NCBI GenBank assembly: GCA_030615605.1
Contig: JAUWYY010000006.1
Location: forward strand, 11,847-75,846
Length of the DNA stretch: 64,000 bases
Direction of reading: 5' to 3'
DNA from: a bacterium
Lineage (GTDB): Bacteria; Armatimonadota; Zipacnadia; Zipacnadales; Zipacnadaceae
Made by a program: the position numbers and the translations under genes. A model generated the notes under the pieces. It saw nothing but the letters and a program-made list of their open reading frames with translations. It did no database searches and was not told the DNA's origin. Shown piece by piece: positions 20,426 to 31,054 of this stretch (positions within the stretch are counted from its first letter, which is position 1; each line of letters begins with the position of its first letter).

Positions 20426-21463
20426 TTATACCCGGACTGCTCCGAAGCGCTGGCCGCCCAACGAGAGCGCCTCGATATCTGAGAGCACCATTTCCAATCC
20501 CAGGATAGTGCAGGAGATGGGATCGGTTGCTACCCGGCAGGGCAGGTGCAGGTGAGCAGCGATAAGCCGGTCCAGGCCTTCCAGCAAGGCCGTACCGCCA
20601 CTGAGAACTATCCCGCCGCCGACCACCTGCTGTTTCTGGGCGCGAGGCAGCTCTTCGACGAGCCACTGAAGCTCCTCAAGCAGTGGCTCAAAGGCCTCAG
20701 TTAGTATTTGGGGGATTTGCTCGAGGTCCATTTCATAAGATGTCAAGTGTTGGTCATTATTGACAAGAATCACGTCATCTACATGAACGGGGCCGTTCGC
20801 CAGCGCTGCTCGCACTGACCCAGCCTCGCGCTTGAGGTGCTCGGCGGCTGGGACGCTGAGGCGGATACCCCGCTGGCGTTTTACGGTACGGATTATCGCC
20901 TCATTCAGGTCATTACCCCCGAAGCGCACCGAACGAGTGGCGGTAACCAGACCATTGTGAAAGACCCCTGCGTTGGTGGAGCCTGCGCCGATATCCACGA
21001 TCAGATAGCTGTCATCCGACTGCAGCGGCAAGTCTGCACCCAACCCCACAGCCAAAGGACGCTGCACGTCCACAATATGACCGGCTCCGGCAGCGTGGAG
21101 CGAATCATGTAATGCCCGCCTCTCAACCTGTGTGGCACTGGCCGGTGTGGCAATTACCACCATGGGCGAAAAGAGGGGACGGCGGCCCAAAGCCCGGCGG
21201 ATAAACTCGCGGAGCATCGCCACGGCAGCGTCAAAATCAGCGACCACACTGCTGTGGATGGGGCGGATAATTTCTACATCGTCCACTCCTCTTTCCCAAA
21301 GCTGGCGGGCTTCGCTCCCACAGGCTATGGGCTTGTTGTGCTGCGAGTCAAAGCCAACGAAACTGGGCTCGCGCAGCACGATCCCCTCGCCCTTGACGGC
21401 AATGTGCACCGAGCTGCTTCCCAGATCCAGCGCAAGTTGATCAGTCCAGGGCAGTATTGGCAT
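20426..21463 (-). CDS. mreB: rod-shape determining actin homolog MreB
   Basis: 345 aa starting from MPILPW. Strong MreB similarity (LALDLGSSS..GEGIVL.EPS.V; ATQVERRA; VDIGAGST; LSGGTALLEGLDRL; DPISC). The ORF-track start at 21562 gives an unlikely 33-aa N-terminal extension. Confidence 0.75.
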   Translation of the reverse strand: MPILPWTDQLALDLGSSSVHIAVKGEGIVLREPSFVGFDSQHNKPIACGSEARQLWERGVDDVEIIRPIHSSVVADFDAAVAMLREFIRRALGRRPLFSPMVVIATPASATQVERRALHDSLHAAGAGHIVDVQRPLAVGLGADLPLQSDDSYLIVDIGAGSTNAGVFHNGLVTATRSVRFGGNDLNEAIIRTVKRQRGIRLSVPAAEHLKREAGSVRAALANGPVHVDDVILVNNDQHLTSYEMDLEQIPQILTEAFEPLLEELQWLVEELPRAQKQQVVGGGIVLSGGTALLEGLDRLIAAHLHLPCRVATDPISCTILGLEMVLSDIEALSLGGQRFGAVRV

Positions 21464-21717
21464 TGCAATAGTAAGACGTAGCCCACCTATCTCGCCGCCA
21501 GCGGGAAATCCGACATACTCTGTTCCTCTGTGCGTGCCAAGATTGTAGCATACGCCTGTCAAGAACGCAAGATTCTATCAAACATACGTTCGTAGCCGCC
21601 GGACAGCCCAGCGTTTGACAATAACGTGGAATGACTGCTATAATCGGCTTGGTACAATCCCTGGCTACTGGAGCAGTCTCGCCAGTGGAGTAGGACCCCG
21701 CTTCGTAGAAGGAGACG

Positions 21718-22821
21718 ATGATGACACGTCTACAAGAAATAGAAACAAAGCTCCAGCGTGTGCGGGATTTTATGAGTGCCCGAGGATTGGACGCGATGGT
21801 CCTGACCAAAACGATTAACTTTCAATGGCTGACGGCTGGGGCGGACAACCATGTAGTTATTGACAGCGACGTAGGAGTTGCGCCCATGGTGATAACCGCC
21901 GACGGCCAGCACGTCATTACCAACAATATCGAAGCGGTGCGACTGGAGGATGAGGAGATCGGCGAGCTGCCCTTTGAGATTGACTTCATGAACTGGCATG
22001 ATGAGAATCCGGAGGCGATGCTGGCCCAAATCGTCAAGGGGCAGATCGCCAGCGACGGGGCTTGGCCTGAGGGCGCTGAAGTCATGGGCGGACCGCTGGC
22101 CCGGCTGCGCTGGAGTTTGCTGGAGCCCGAAATTGAGCGCTACCGGGAGCTGGGGCACATAGCTGCCCAGGCTCTGGGGGAAGTAGCTCGCGAGATTGAG
22201 CCAGGCATGACCGAGCACGAGATCGGCGCGAAGCTGGCGGCCAAGCTCATTGCCCAGAACGTTATCGTTTCGGTGCTATTGATCGCTGCGGACGAACGGA
22301 TATCCAAGTATCGCCATCCTATTCCCACTGACAACAAGCTGGAGAAGCAGGCTATGCTGGTGGTGGGGGCGCGTAAGTGGGGGTTGGACATATCGGCCAC
22401 GCGGCTGGTTCATTTTGGTAAGCTGCCGGCTGAGCTGGCCGACAAGCACCGGGCGGTCTGCCAGATTGACGCTGCTTTCATTAGTGAGACTCGACCAGGC
22501 GCGGCGGTGCAAGATATCTTCGCGCAGGGCGTTGCCGCCTACGAGGCCAGCGGTTACCCTAATGAATGGAAGCTGCACCATCAGGGCGGGGCTACCGGCT
22601 ATGCGCCGCGCGATTATAAAGGGACAAGGGAGTGTCCTGAGACAGTCCTGGAGAATCAGGCCTTCGCCTGGAACCCTTCGATAACTGGCACAAAATCGGA
22701 AGATACTATCATAGCAATGGCGGACCAGACCGAAGTGCTCAGCACCGACGAGCAATGGCCCATGCTGGAAGTTGAGTATGCGGGTGACAAGATGGCTCGG
22801 CCTGACATACTGGTTCGCTAA
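21718..22821 (+). CDS. M24-family peptidase-like protein (creatinase/prolidase fold)
   Basis: 367 aa; creatinase/prolidase-like N-terminal domain (RLQ..R..M...GLDAMVL) followed by an M24 pita-bread-like region. AGGAGA RBS lies before ATG. Metal ligands not verified. Confidence 0.5.
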   Translation: MMTRLQEIETKLQRVRDFMSARGLDAMVLTKTINFQWLTAGADNHVVIDSDVGVAPMVITADGQHVITNNIEAVRLEDEEIGELPFEIDFMNWHDENPEAMLAQIVKGQIASDGAWPEGAEVMGGPLARLRWSLLEPEIERYRELGHIAAQALGEVAREIEPGMTEHEIGAKLAAKLIAQNVIVSVLLIAADERISKYRHPIPTDNKLEKQAMLVVGARKWGLDISATRLVHFGKLPAELADKHRAVCQIDAAFISETRPGAAVQDIFAQGVAAYEASGYPNEWKLHHQGGATGYAPRDYKGTRECPETVLENQAFAWNPSITGTKSEDTIIAMADQTEVLSTDEQWPMLEVEYAGDKMARPDILVR

Positions 22822-22845
22822 GACCGCAGCAGAAGAGGAAGCAAA

Positions 22846-25800
22846 GTGCATTTAGAGAAGCTCCAAATGCGGGGGTTTAAGACCTTCGCGGACAAAACCG
22901 AATTGGAGTTCGGGCCAGGTATAACTGCTATTGTCGGGCCTAACGGCGTGGGCAAAAGTAACATTGCTGACGCCGTTTTGTGGGTATTGGGGGAGCAGGG
23001 AACTATACCGTTACGGGTGGAAAGCGCCGAGGGAGTTGTCTTCGCCGGGTCCGAGGATCGCCGGCCGCTGGGCATGGCGGAGGTGAGCCTGACGCTGGAC
23101 AACTCCGACAGCACTCTGGATTCGGAATACTCGGAAATTGAGATCGGCCGCCGTCTGTTTCGCACCGGTAAGAGCGAGTACTTGATCAATCGCGACAAGA
23201 TCCGGCTAAGTGATGTCCGGGATCTGCTGGTGGACAGCGGGTTGGGTACCGACTCCTACGCCCTGGTTGGCCAGGGCGAAATTGATGCCATCCTTAGCGC
23301 TCATCCGGAGGACCGCCGGGAACTGATTGAGGAGGTCGCCGGGGTTCGCAAGTACCGGATTCGCCGCTCGCGGGCCGAGCGCAAACTCGCGGATACCCAG
23401 GATAACCTCATCCGCGTCCGTGACATCATTCACGAACTGCACACCCAACGCCAGCCCCTGGAGCAGCAGGCGGAAGTGGCTCGCTGCTATAAGCAACACG
23501 CAGGCCGGCTGCATGAGTTGCAGCGCGGTTTGCTGGCAGTTGACTACAATCAGCGGCGGCAGCAGCGGGGGGCAATCCTCAATGACATCGCGGTAGTCAA
23601 GGCGGATCTGCAAGCCACGCGCAACGAGCTAAGCACCCTCGAGGCTGAATACGAAAAGAATGCTGGCCAGATTGCCAAGCTGGCCGACCGGCTGGAGGAG
23701 TTGCGCGGCCAGCAGAGGGAGGCGCAGCGCGAACTGGACAGCCAGCGCAATGCCCAGGCGGTGGCTTCGGAAAAGTTGCGGGGTATAGGCGAGCAGCGTC
23801 AGCACCTCGAAGAGCAACAGGAGCAGGCCCAGCAGCGTCGCCAGCAACTGCAAACAGAGATAGGCAAGCTGGAAAAATCGCAAGGTGGCCAGCAGAAGCA
23901 GCTTGCAGCTCAGCAGGGCAAGCTGGCTGATCTGCAAAAGGTCGTTACCGAGCAGGAAGAAGAACATCGCGCGATTCTCACCCGCAAAGAGCAGGTGCAG
24001 CAGCAGCGCAGTGATCTGTCCGGCCAGTTGGCCGAGGTGGAAAACGAAGTGGCTGCTCTGCAGGGATTACAGAGCGATCTGGACGAGCGCATCCAGCGTC
24101 TGGCTGACCAACAACAGCAGTTTGAGCGCCAGCGCAGCGAACTTCAGGATAGCATTGAACAGTTGCGCGGTCAGCAAGCGACCCGGGAAGAGCAGAAAGA
24201 GGAGCTTGGGGGGCAGCTACGAGAGGCGCGCCAGCAGCGTGCTGCGCTGACTGATACTTTGCGGGAGCACCGGCGCAAGCGGGATCGCCTGGGGGAGGCG
24301 GTGGCGGCCGACGAATCACGCCAGACGCTCCTGCAGGAGTTGCAGCGCGACCACGAGGGATATGCTGAGGGACCCCGGGCGTTGCTGGAAGCTGCTCGCA
24401 ACGGCGAGATAAGTGGTGTGGAGGGGCTGGTGGCGGATTTCTTGGATGTGCCGCGTCGTCTGGAGGTGGCGGTAGAGGCCGGGTTGGGTGATAAGCTGCA
24501 GTGGGTGTTGGTTTCCTCCGCAGACGATCTTCAGCGCTGCGTGGAGTATCTGCAAGAGAATAGCCTAGGCCGAGCGACGATCATTGCTGTGGATGTGCCG
24601 ATTCCCGGCTTTGCTGCTCAGATGACCACGGGAGTAGGGCGCACAACTCGGGGTGTACACGGCACTCTGGACTCGCTGCTCAAATATCCCCGCAAGTTAG
24701 GCCGCGTGCTGGACTATTTGCTCGGCGATGTATTGGTTGTTGATGATCTGGAGGTGGCGACTCGCTTGCGCCCGATGCTAACCGGCCCGGTGAAGATGGT
24801 GACCTTGAATGGGGAAGTGGTTGGTCCGGCCGGCCAGATATCCGCCGGAAGCCTGGCGGGAGATGTACAGCGCTCGCTTGACCGCAGACGGGAGGTTGCT
24901 GCCCTTGAAGAACACTTGCAGGGAATGCGCTCCTACCTGGCGCAGATGTGGGAGGCGGAAGAAGAGCTGGAACGCCAGAGTCAGCAACTCGGCGAGCGCG
25001 TCCAGGCCCTGGAGGGGCAGCTTGGCGAATTTGACAAGCAGGCGACGGCTGTTGAGGGCGACTTGCGACATGCCGGCGACCGCTTCCGAGCGGCTCAAAC
25101 TGCTCACCAGGAGATAACCGAGGAGATTTCGGCACTGGAGGAGCGTCGCCAGCAGGCTGACAGCAGGTGCAGTGAAGCCGAAGGCCAGCGCTTGGCGCTG
25201 ACCCACCAACTGGAAGGGAATAAGCAGGAGCTGTCGGGCCTGCCCTCCGCGGAGGCTGCCGAGCAGAGCCTGGGGAACCGGCGCGAGCAGTTGACGGCAA
25301 TCCGGGTAGGAGTGGCCGAACTGGAAGAGAAAGTGCGCTCGAGCACCGCTTTGGCCGATCAGCAACAGCAGGAACTGAGCCGGGTGGAGCGAGAGACTGT
25401 TGATTATGACAGGCAGCTTACCCAATTGGATGAAGCTGAGAAGCAGGCCCGTGAGGCTCTCCAGTCTGACGAAAGCGAAGACGCCGATCTTGAGCAGCGT
25501 GTTCAGCAGTTAGGTGAGCGGGCTGAAAGCTCTCAGCGAGACCTCGTGGCGCTGCGCAGGACCACATCAGGGGTTGAAGCTACCCGGCGTACGCTGCTGG
25601 ATTTGCGCGAAGAGCAAGGCGAACAACTGCATCGCCTGGAGCTGCGCCAGGCGCGTCAGGACTCGGAGCTAGAGCATATCGTCGAGGAGCTTGAGGAGGT
25701 TTACGAACTTACCCCCGAGCAGGCTGCCCAACAGCAGCCGGAGGACTTCGACCTGAAAGCGGCGCGTAGTGAGGCGGCGAAGCTGAAGAGGGAAATCCGC

Positions 25801-26487
25801 GAGTTGGGCTATGTGAATGTCAGTGCCATTGAGGAATGTGAGCGGCTGCAGGATCGGGAGGACTACCTCAGCTCGCAACTGGAGGACCTCCGGCAGGCCC
25901 GTGATGATTTGGAATCGGTCATAGCTGAGATTGATGAGACGGCCAAGGAGACTTTCCTGGCCAGCTTCGAGCAGGTGGAGGAGGCTTTTGATGACCTGTT
26001 CAAGTGGTTGTTCGGCGGCGGCAGCACGCGACTGGAGATCACTGACCCGGAGAATCCGCTGGACAGCGGAGTTGAGGTGATAGTCCAGCAGCCGGGGCGG
26101 CGTTTTCAGAATCTGATGGCCCTCTCCGGCGGAGAGAAGGCGATGATCGGCCTCGCGCTACTTTTTGCTATGATCCGGGTTAAGCCCACTCCCTTCTGCT
26201 TCCTGGATGAGATTGATGCGGCCCTCGATGCCGCCAACTCCCGGCGATTTGCCGAGATGCTCCAGGACTTTGCCAAAAACTCACAGTTTGTCATCATCAC
26301 CCACAACCCCGAGACTATGGAAATTGCCGACCGGCTGCACGGCGTGACTATGGAGCAGCCCGGTATATCCAGACTCATATCCGTAGAGCTAAGCGAAGCG
26401 CAGCGGGAAGCCGAACGCTGGGCTGCGACGGAGGCAACGGTGCCGGCAAGCACCGGGACTGACAAGCAATCAGCACCGGCTGGTTGA
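22846..26487 (+). CDS. smc: chromosome segregation protein SMC
   Basis: 1213 aa. N-terminal Walker A (GPNGVGKSN), long coiled coils, hinge (approx aa 520-640), C-terminal signature LSGGEKAMIGLALLFA and Walker B FCFLDEIDAALD. GTG start with GAGGAAG RBS. Confidence 0.9.
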   Translation: MHLEKLQMRGFKTFADKTELEFGPGITAIVGPNGVGKSNIADAVLWVLGEQGTIPLRVESAEGVVFAGSEDRRPLGMAEVSLTLDNSDSTLDSEYSEIEIGRRLFRTGKSEYLINRDKIRLSDVRDLLVDSGLGTDSYALVGQGEIDAILSAHPEDRRELIEEVAGVRKYRIRRSRAERKLADTQDNLIRVRDIIHELHTQRQPLEQQAEVARCYKQHAGRLHELQRGLLAVDYNQRRQQRGAILNDIAVVKADLQATRNELSTLEAEYEKNAGQIAKLADRLEELRGQQREAQRELDSQRNAQAVASEKLRGIGEQRQHLEEQQEQAQQRRQQLQTEIGKLEKSQGGQQKQLAAQQGKLADLQKVVTEQEEEHRAILTRKEQVQQQRSDLSGQLAEVENEVAALQGLQSDLDERIQRLADQQQQFERQRSELQDSIEQLRGQQATREEQKEELGGQLREARQQRAALTDTLREHRRKRDRLGEAVAADESRQTLLQELQRDHEGYAEGPRALLEAARNGEISGVEGLVADFLDVPRRLEVAVEAGLGDKLQWVLVSSADDLQRCVEYLQENSLGRATIIAVDVPIPGFAAQMTTGVGRTTRGVHGTLDSLLKYPRKLGRVLDYLLGDVLVVDDLEVATRLRPMLTGPVKMVTLNGEVVGPAGQISAGSLAGDVQRSLDRRREVAALEEHLQGMRSYLAQMWEAEEELERQSQQLGERVQALEGQLGEFDKQATAVEGDLRHAGDRFRAAQTAHQEITEEISALEERRQQADSRCSEAEGQRLALTHQLEGNKQELSGLPSAEAAEQSLGNRREQLTAIRVGVAELEEKVRSSTALADQQQQELSRVERETVDYDRQLTQLDEAEKQAREALQSDESEDADLEQRVQQLGERAESSQRDLVALRRTTSGVEATRRTLLDLREEQGEQLHRLELRQARQDSELEHIVEELEEVYELTPEQAAQQQPEDFDLKAARSEAAKLKREIRELGYVNVSAIEECERLQDREDYLSSQLEDLRQARDDLESVIAEIDETAKETFLASFEQVEEAFDDLFKWLFGGGSTRLEITDPENPLDSGVEVIVQQPGRRFQNLMALSGGEKAMIGLALLFAMIRVKPTPFCFLDEIDAALDAANSRRFAEMLQDFAKNSQFVIITHNPETMEIADRLHGVTMEQPGISRLISVELSEAQREAERWAATEATVPASTGTDKQSAPAG

Positions 26488-26498
26488 CGATTCTTCTT

Positions 26499-26566
26499 GG
26501 GAGGGGCATCCTTGCCCCGATTGGCACCTTTGGTTCAGTTGTGGTCGGGGCAAGGATGCCCCTCCC
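26499..26566. repeat. 22-bp perfect inverted repeat (hairpin, 24-nt loop) in the smc-ftsY intergenic region
   Basis: GGGAGGGGCATCCTTGCCCCGA at 26499-26520 and its exact reverse complement at 26545-26566. It starts 12 nt after the smc stop. Confidence 0.8.
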
Positions 26567-26605
26567 ACAGCGAGAGTACCCTGAGCTCAGAAAGGAAGCA
26601 AACCG

Positions 26606-27478
26606 TTGCTGAAAGGACTTTTCCGGCGTGTGGGAGCGGTATTGGCGGCCCGCGCCGTTGTTAATGACGAACTTCTGGACGAGCTGGAGGCGGCGCTCAT
26701 TCAGGCCGATGTCAGCGTCCCGGTGGCTGAGGGAATGGTCGAGCGGCTGCGGGAGGCGGCTGAATCGCACCATATTACCGAGCCGTCTGGTTTGCTGGAA
26801 CTGTTAGCCCAGCACGTCGAGGAGATGCTGGAGCCGTGCGAGGCGCCGCTTAGCACTGGTGAGCAGACGCCGACGGTTTTTCTGATGCTGGGTGTAAATG
26901 GCGTGGGCAAGACGACCTGTATCGCCAAGATCGCCCACTGGTATCAGTCCGCCGGGAACAAGGTCCTGCTGGTTGCAGCGGATACCTTCCGGGCGGCCGC
27001 GGCTGAACAGCTATCTGTATGGGCGGAGCGGGTCGGCTGCGATATCGTGCAGCAGCAGCACGGCTCAGACCCGGCGGCCGTTGTCTACGATGGGCTGGAA
27101 GCGGCGCGCGCGCGCGGACATAACTTGGTCATAATTGATACCGCCGGGCGGCTGCACACCAAGCGCAATCTGATGGAAGAACTGCGTAAGATGGATCGGG
27201 TCATTCAAGGGCAGCTCGGTCGGGCTACCGACGAGCGGCTGCTGGTCATTGACGCTACTACCGGCCAGAACGCCATCCGGCAAGCCGAGCAGTTCAATGA
27301 GGCGTTAGACATAACCGGTTTGATGATTGCCAAGCTGGATGGGACGGCCAAGGGCGGGGTGGTTCTGAGCATCAGCCAGCAGCTCGGCCTGCCCATAAAG
27401 CTCATCGGGGTAGGGGAGAGGCTGGAGGATTTGCGGCTCTTCTCCGCCCGCGACTTCGCGGGGCAGATGTTCGATTAA
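26606..27478 (+). CDS. ftsY: signal recognition particle receptor FtsY (NG domain only)
   Basis: 290 aa; G1 LMLGVNGVGKTT, DTFRAAA, G3 DTAGR, G4 KLDGTAKGG. TTG start. Confidence 0.85.
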   Translation: MLKGLFRRVGAVLAARAVVNDELLDELEAALIQADVSVPVAEGMVERLREAAESHHITEPSGLLELLAQHVEEMLEPCEAPLSTGEQTPTVFLMLGVNGVGKTTCIAKIAHWYQSAGNKVLLVAADTFRAAAAEQLSVWAERVGCDIVQQQHGSDPAAVVYDGLEAARARGHNLVIIDTAGRLHTKRNLMEELRKMDRVIQGQLGRATDERLLVIDATTGQNAIRQAEQFNEALDITGLMIAKLDGTAKGGVVLSISQQLGLPIKLIGVGERLEDLRLFSARDFAGQMFD

Positions 27479-27564
27479 GAGCAGCGCCAACAAGTGACAG
27501 GAGAAGTTGGTCATCGAAGGCCTTGCTGCCCGGTACGGTCCTCAGGTATTCGCGGGCAGTTCTG

Positions 27565-29079
27565 CTATTGTCCCTCTTGGCGCTGCAGGCGCGTCTGGAT
27601 CTCGGAGATTGCCCAGGTTGCTGCCCGTCTCTGGCTTTCTGTTTCGGCTGCGGTGGCAAACTGCCGCAAGGGCTCCAGCGCTTTTTCCCCAGCAAAGCGC
27701 CTCAGAGCATCTGCCGCGGCCGCGCCAACGAAGTTGTTTGGGTCGTGGAGGGCTTCTATGAGCGCGGGTATAGTGGACGGATCGCCGATCTGCCCCAATG
27801 AGCCGGCTGCTCGCCCGCGCATCGTGCGGTCACCATCGTTCCTCAGAATGTCAAGTAGCACAGCAACGATCTTGGCTCTGAGGTTCGCATCTTGCGTTTG
27901 CCCCAGCAAGCCCAGCCCGTCTATGGCGGAGTACCTGACCGGCCTCTCCTCCTCCTTGGCTGCTGCGATGACCGCGTCAGCGCCCTGCGTCAGCTTGCGT
28001 ACGCCAGTCTCGTACGCAGCATATTTACGTGACTTCTGCGTCACTCCGGAGCGTACTGTCTCGATCAGCAGGCTGACTTCTCGGTCGCCGGCCTGAAGGC
28101 TCTGCATAGTTTCCAGGACGATACGCTGGATTTCCCCCTGCCGGGTCGTGCGGTAGATGCTCTCAAGCTGTGGGAGAATGGATGTATCTTGTATGCGCGC
28201 GAGAGCACTAGCCGCCGGGCGCACAAGTGCCCCGTTCTCGGTCGTCAGGATTCTCAGAAGGGCTGGCACGGCGCGCGGGTCGCAGTTGGCGCTCACCTTT
28301 TCGATAGCCCGCAGCGCAACCGCCGTATCTTCGGAGCCGATCTCGCGTATCGCTCTGTCCAGATTGCGTCTGGTGGGGACTGTAGTAGTGAAGCCTATAT
28401 CGTTAGACCTTAGAGTGCCCGGCCAGATCGGTCCCTCGCCCATAGGCTCTGCACGCTTTGCGACCTTCTCGTCGGCAGTAAGTTCAAGGGCTGCCGTGAA
28501 CCTGCCGGCCTGGATGATGTCGATACGGACATCCCTGAAGTCTATCACGATGCGTCGGGCGATAGAGGGGGAACCCTGGGAAGCTCGCGCAAACTCATAT
28601 TCAATGAACCCCTCGATGCTATCCTCATACGCTTCGCCGGGGGCAAGGCGGTGCAGCTGTGGCTCCAATCCCGCAGGTCCGTATATAGCCGTCATCCGCT
28701 TGTTCATTTTGACACCGCGCTCATTGGTGATTGTGAGAGTGAGGGCTTTGTAGACTGCCGGAAAGTAAAGCCAGATCTCTCGGTCCGAGGCATTCTCAAC
28801 CCGTACACTCAGCCGAAAATGGTCTCCCACGCGGAAATCGTCTGCGTTCGCCGAAATACCGCAGCGCAGCTTCCCATCAGTTGTTGTTCGCGGCGAAACG
28901 GAGGCAGTGGGAGCTGATGCAGATGATTCGTCACTGGCAATCCGGCCGCATGAGGTCAGAGTGGACAGCGCCACCAGCGCCCCCAACCACAAACCAAGAG
29001 CAGAGCAGGAAAGCGGCCAGAAGCGCGCCATGAGGACTGATACCCGGTGCAATTCCCTGAAGCCGTTTGTCGAGGTCAT
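27565..29079 (-). CDS. lipoprotein with C-terminal PBS-lyase/HEAT-like repeats
   Basis: Likely start at MTSTNG (29079) or MARFW (29031). Lipobox LTSC follows a hydrophobic signal. The C-terminal third has HEAT_2-like repeats (..PSTIPALIEALHDPNNFVGAAAADALRRFAGEKALEPL..). The N-terminal domain is unknown. Confidence 0.55.
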   Translation of the reverse strand: MTSTNGFRELHRVSVLMARFWPLSCSALGLWLGALVALSTLTSCGRIASDESSASAPTASVSPRTTTDGKLRCGISANADDFRVGDHFRLSVRVENASDREIWLYFPAVYKALTLTITNERGVKMNKRMTAIYGPAGLEPQLHRLAPGEAYEDSIEGFIEYEFARASQGSPSIARRIVIDFRDVRIDIIQAGRFTAALELTADEKVAKRAEPMGEGPIWPGTLRSNDIGFTTTVPTRRNLDRAIREIGSEDTAVALRAIEKVSANCDPRAVPALLRILTTENGALVRPAASALARIQDTSILPQLESIYRTTRQGEIQRIVLETMQSLQAGDREVSLLIETVRSGVTQKSRKYAAYETGVRKLTQGADAVIAAAKEEERPVRYSAIDGLGLLGQTQDANLRAKIVAVLLDILRNDGDRTMRGRAAGSLGQIGDPSTIPALIEALHDPNNFVGAAAADALRRFAGEKALEPLRQFATAAETESQRRAATWAISEIQTRLQRQEGQ

Positions 29080-29311
29080 CGGAATACCCCCTCGCCGACA
29101 TTTCTCATATGCTTTCTTGCTGTATCTAGCATTCTCTGTTTGCTGGACTAATTCCTCCTGCGGCGGATCGTTTAGCCGACACAACCTGAGCTTGCAGCGA
29201 GTTTGCCCCACATCAGAATCTCTCTCTCTTAAGCTATTCCAATTCTCGCGACGTTGCACCGTTCTACGCCTAGTATTGACAACTGAAGCACGCAACTTGT
29301 TCCGTCTGATA

Positions 29312-31054
29312 TCACGCCTGCGGGGCTTGTTCTATCTGTATGCCCTGGAGATGCACATTCGCGGAGGCTTCGGCGCTGGAGATGCGGATGGTGTGCCAGC
29401 CGGGGACCTGGGTTGAGATGGTGAGATGGTCCGGGCTGATCAGCGTTTTCCCCTCCAGAGTAATTTGCAGGGTGACGCTTGCGCTCGACGGGTCAGCCCG
29501 GCAGCTTACCTGCCACATTCCGGCAGGCAGATAGACAGGCACGGCTACGCTATCTCCGGCAGCCAGCGAGATTTCTTCGCGGCGCACCGGCCCTTCCCGA
29601 GGTGATGCGGAGAGCGTGCTTTGCTCCAGATCTAAGGCGCCGGCGTTTATCTCCAGCGGCTGCTGGCCCAGATAGTCCGCGACGATCTGCTGGTAAGCAG
29701 CGAGAAAGTCAGCCGGCTGGGGATTCTCTCCGGGAGTGTTGTCGAAGACCTGGGCCAGGAGTTGAGGTCCGTGCGCCGCCAATACCCACAGGCAAGAGCC
29801 AGTGAAGTAGTCCATAGCCTGCGCAGACTTGGCCGCCAGCAGTGGCGAGTTGGGCTTTTCGCGCAGCCACAGATCCAGGGCTGAGCGGCACTGGTCATCC
29901 AGGAAGTTGACCATCTTGGTGCCATCGCCGCCGATCACTGCCTCCAGGGCTTTGACAGTTTTCTCGGTTGGCCAGGGTTCGTCGGTGACGAGCTCGGCCT
30001 CTGCGGCCAGCCATTGCAAAAACAGCCCCTCACCCAAGCGGCCGTTGCCCAGCTTCTCAGGTTCATTAAACTCGCTTACTGCCGGAAGCAGGTAGTGCCC
30101 CAGCTCGTGAGCGACCTCGCGCGCCCACTCGGCGGCGGTGCGGGGCTGGCCGATGTCGTAGAAATAGATGTTGTCGCGGTACAGTTCCGCACCGGCCGGG
30201 CCCATCTCGCAAAGATAGACATGCACCAGGCCCTCTTCATCCCCTATCGGCGGCCGGTTCAAGTAAGCTGTGGCATAGCTGGAGAAGCGCAGCAGGAGGT
30301 GCGTGATGGTCTGGGCCAGCTTGGAGTAGTCGTTGTCTGATTGGCTGATGGTGCGCGAGGGATACTGCACCACGAAGCGCAGGTCCAGCCGCTGGGAGTT
30401 GGGGCGCTTGACCAGCCCGTAGCAGACGCGGTTGACGGTGGCATATATCGGTGAGTCGCTGCCGGTGCTGGGGATCCGCACCTTCACAGCGGGATCGGTG
30501 CGGCCCATCTCCTCAGGGAATACCAGCGAGGTCGTGTAAGCAAAGTCATGTCGGGCTACGGCCCCAGGCTGGTCCTGGTTTGGCAGCCTGGTTTGACAGG
30601 TATCCACCACTGTGGAGATGGGGCTGAATTTGAGGTAATCGAGCTGGAGCCAGCGGGGAAAGTGAGCCTCGTAGAAGAGATGATGTATATGAAGTTGCGC
30701 AAAGCTGTGATTTGGCGCCAGCTCCAAGGCATGTCCGTAGCTATCAACAGCTTGCTCAACCTCGCCACCTAGCTCGTGAAGATGCCCGAGAGTGGCATAC
30801 GTCTCCGCATAGGTCGGGTCGGCCTTCAATGCCGCCTGGAGCGTGGTGCGGGCCTCTTCATAGTTCACTTGCTCGATCAGTTGCCGGGCCTCTTCGACCA
30901 GAGTCACTGCCTCTGTGTGGTCGCTGAAGGCTGAGGTGGGCAATAGCCCCAATAGGGCCACCCCCAGCATAATCGCCGCCCAGCGCCAGGCTGTGGGGAT
31001 GTGGTGGGATGTTGTATGCTTGTGATTGCCTGAGGAGCTATTCATTAGTGGCAC
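29312..31054 (-). CDS. secreted TPR-repeat protein with HExxH zinc-metallopeptidase motif
   Basis: 580 aa; N-terminal hydrophobic signal (WRWAAIMLGVALLGLLPTSAFS), TPR-like region, and HELGHY (HExxH) at about aa 300 followed by an acidic region. 10-nt overlap with the upstream gene. Confidence 0.55.
   Translation of the reverse strand: MPLMNSSSGNHKHTTSHHIPTAWRWAAIMLGVALLGLLPTSAFSDHTEAVTLVEEARQLIEQVNYEEARTTLQAALKADPTYAETYATLGHLHELGGEVEQAVDSYGHALELAPNHSFAQLHIHHLFYEAHFPRWLQLDYLKFSPISTVVDTCQTRLPNQDQPGAVARHDFAYTTSLVFPEEMGRTDPAVKVRIPSTGSDSPIYATVNRVCYGLVKRPNSQRLDLRFVVQYPSRTISQSDNDYSKLAQTITHLLLRFSSYATAYLNRPPIGDEEGLVHVYLCEMGPAGAELYRDNIYFYDIGQPRTAAEWAREVAHELGHYLLPAVSEFNEPEKLGNGRLGEGLFLQWLAAEAELVTDEPWPTEKTVKALEAVIGGDGTKMVNFLDDQCRSALDLWLREKPNSPLLAAKSAQAMDYFTGSCLWVLAAHGPQLLAQVFDNTPGENPQPADFLAAYQQIVADYLGQQPLEINAGALDLEQSTLSASPREGPVRREEISLAAGDSVAVPVYLPAGMWQVSCRADPSSASVTLQITLEGKTLISPDHLTISTQVPGWHTIRISSAEASANVHLQGIQIEQAPQA

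Noticed and set aside
21718-22821. Possibility that the M24-like protein is a creatinase or ectoine hydrolase specifically
   Set aside because: I cannot verify the five metal-ligand positions or subfamily from inspection alone, so only the family-level call was kept.
23206-25425. Several 100-215-aa ORFs on both strands within smc (e.g. 24778-25425)
   Set aside because: They overlap the SMC coiled-coil region, whose biased codon usage yields open alternative frames. None has motifs or translational signals.
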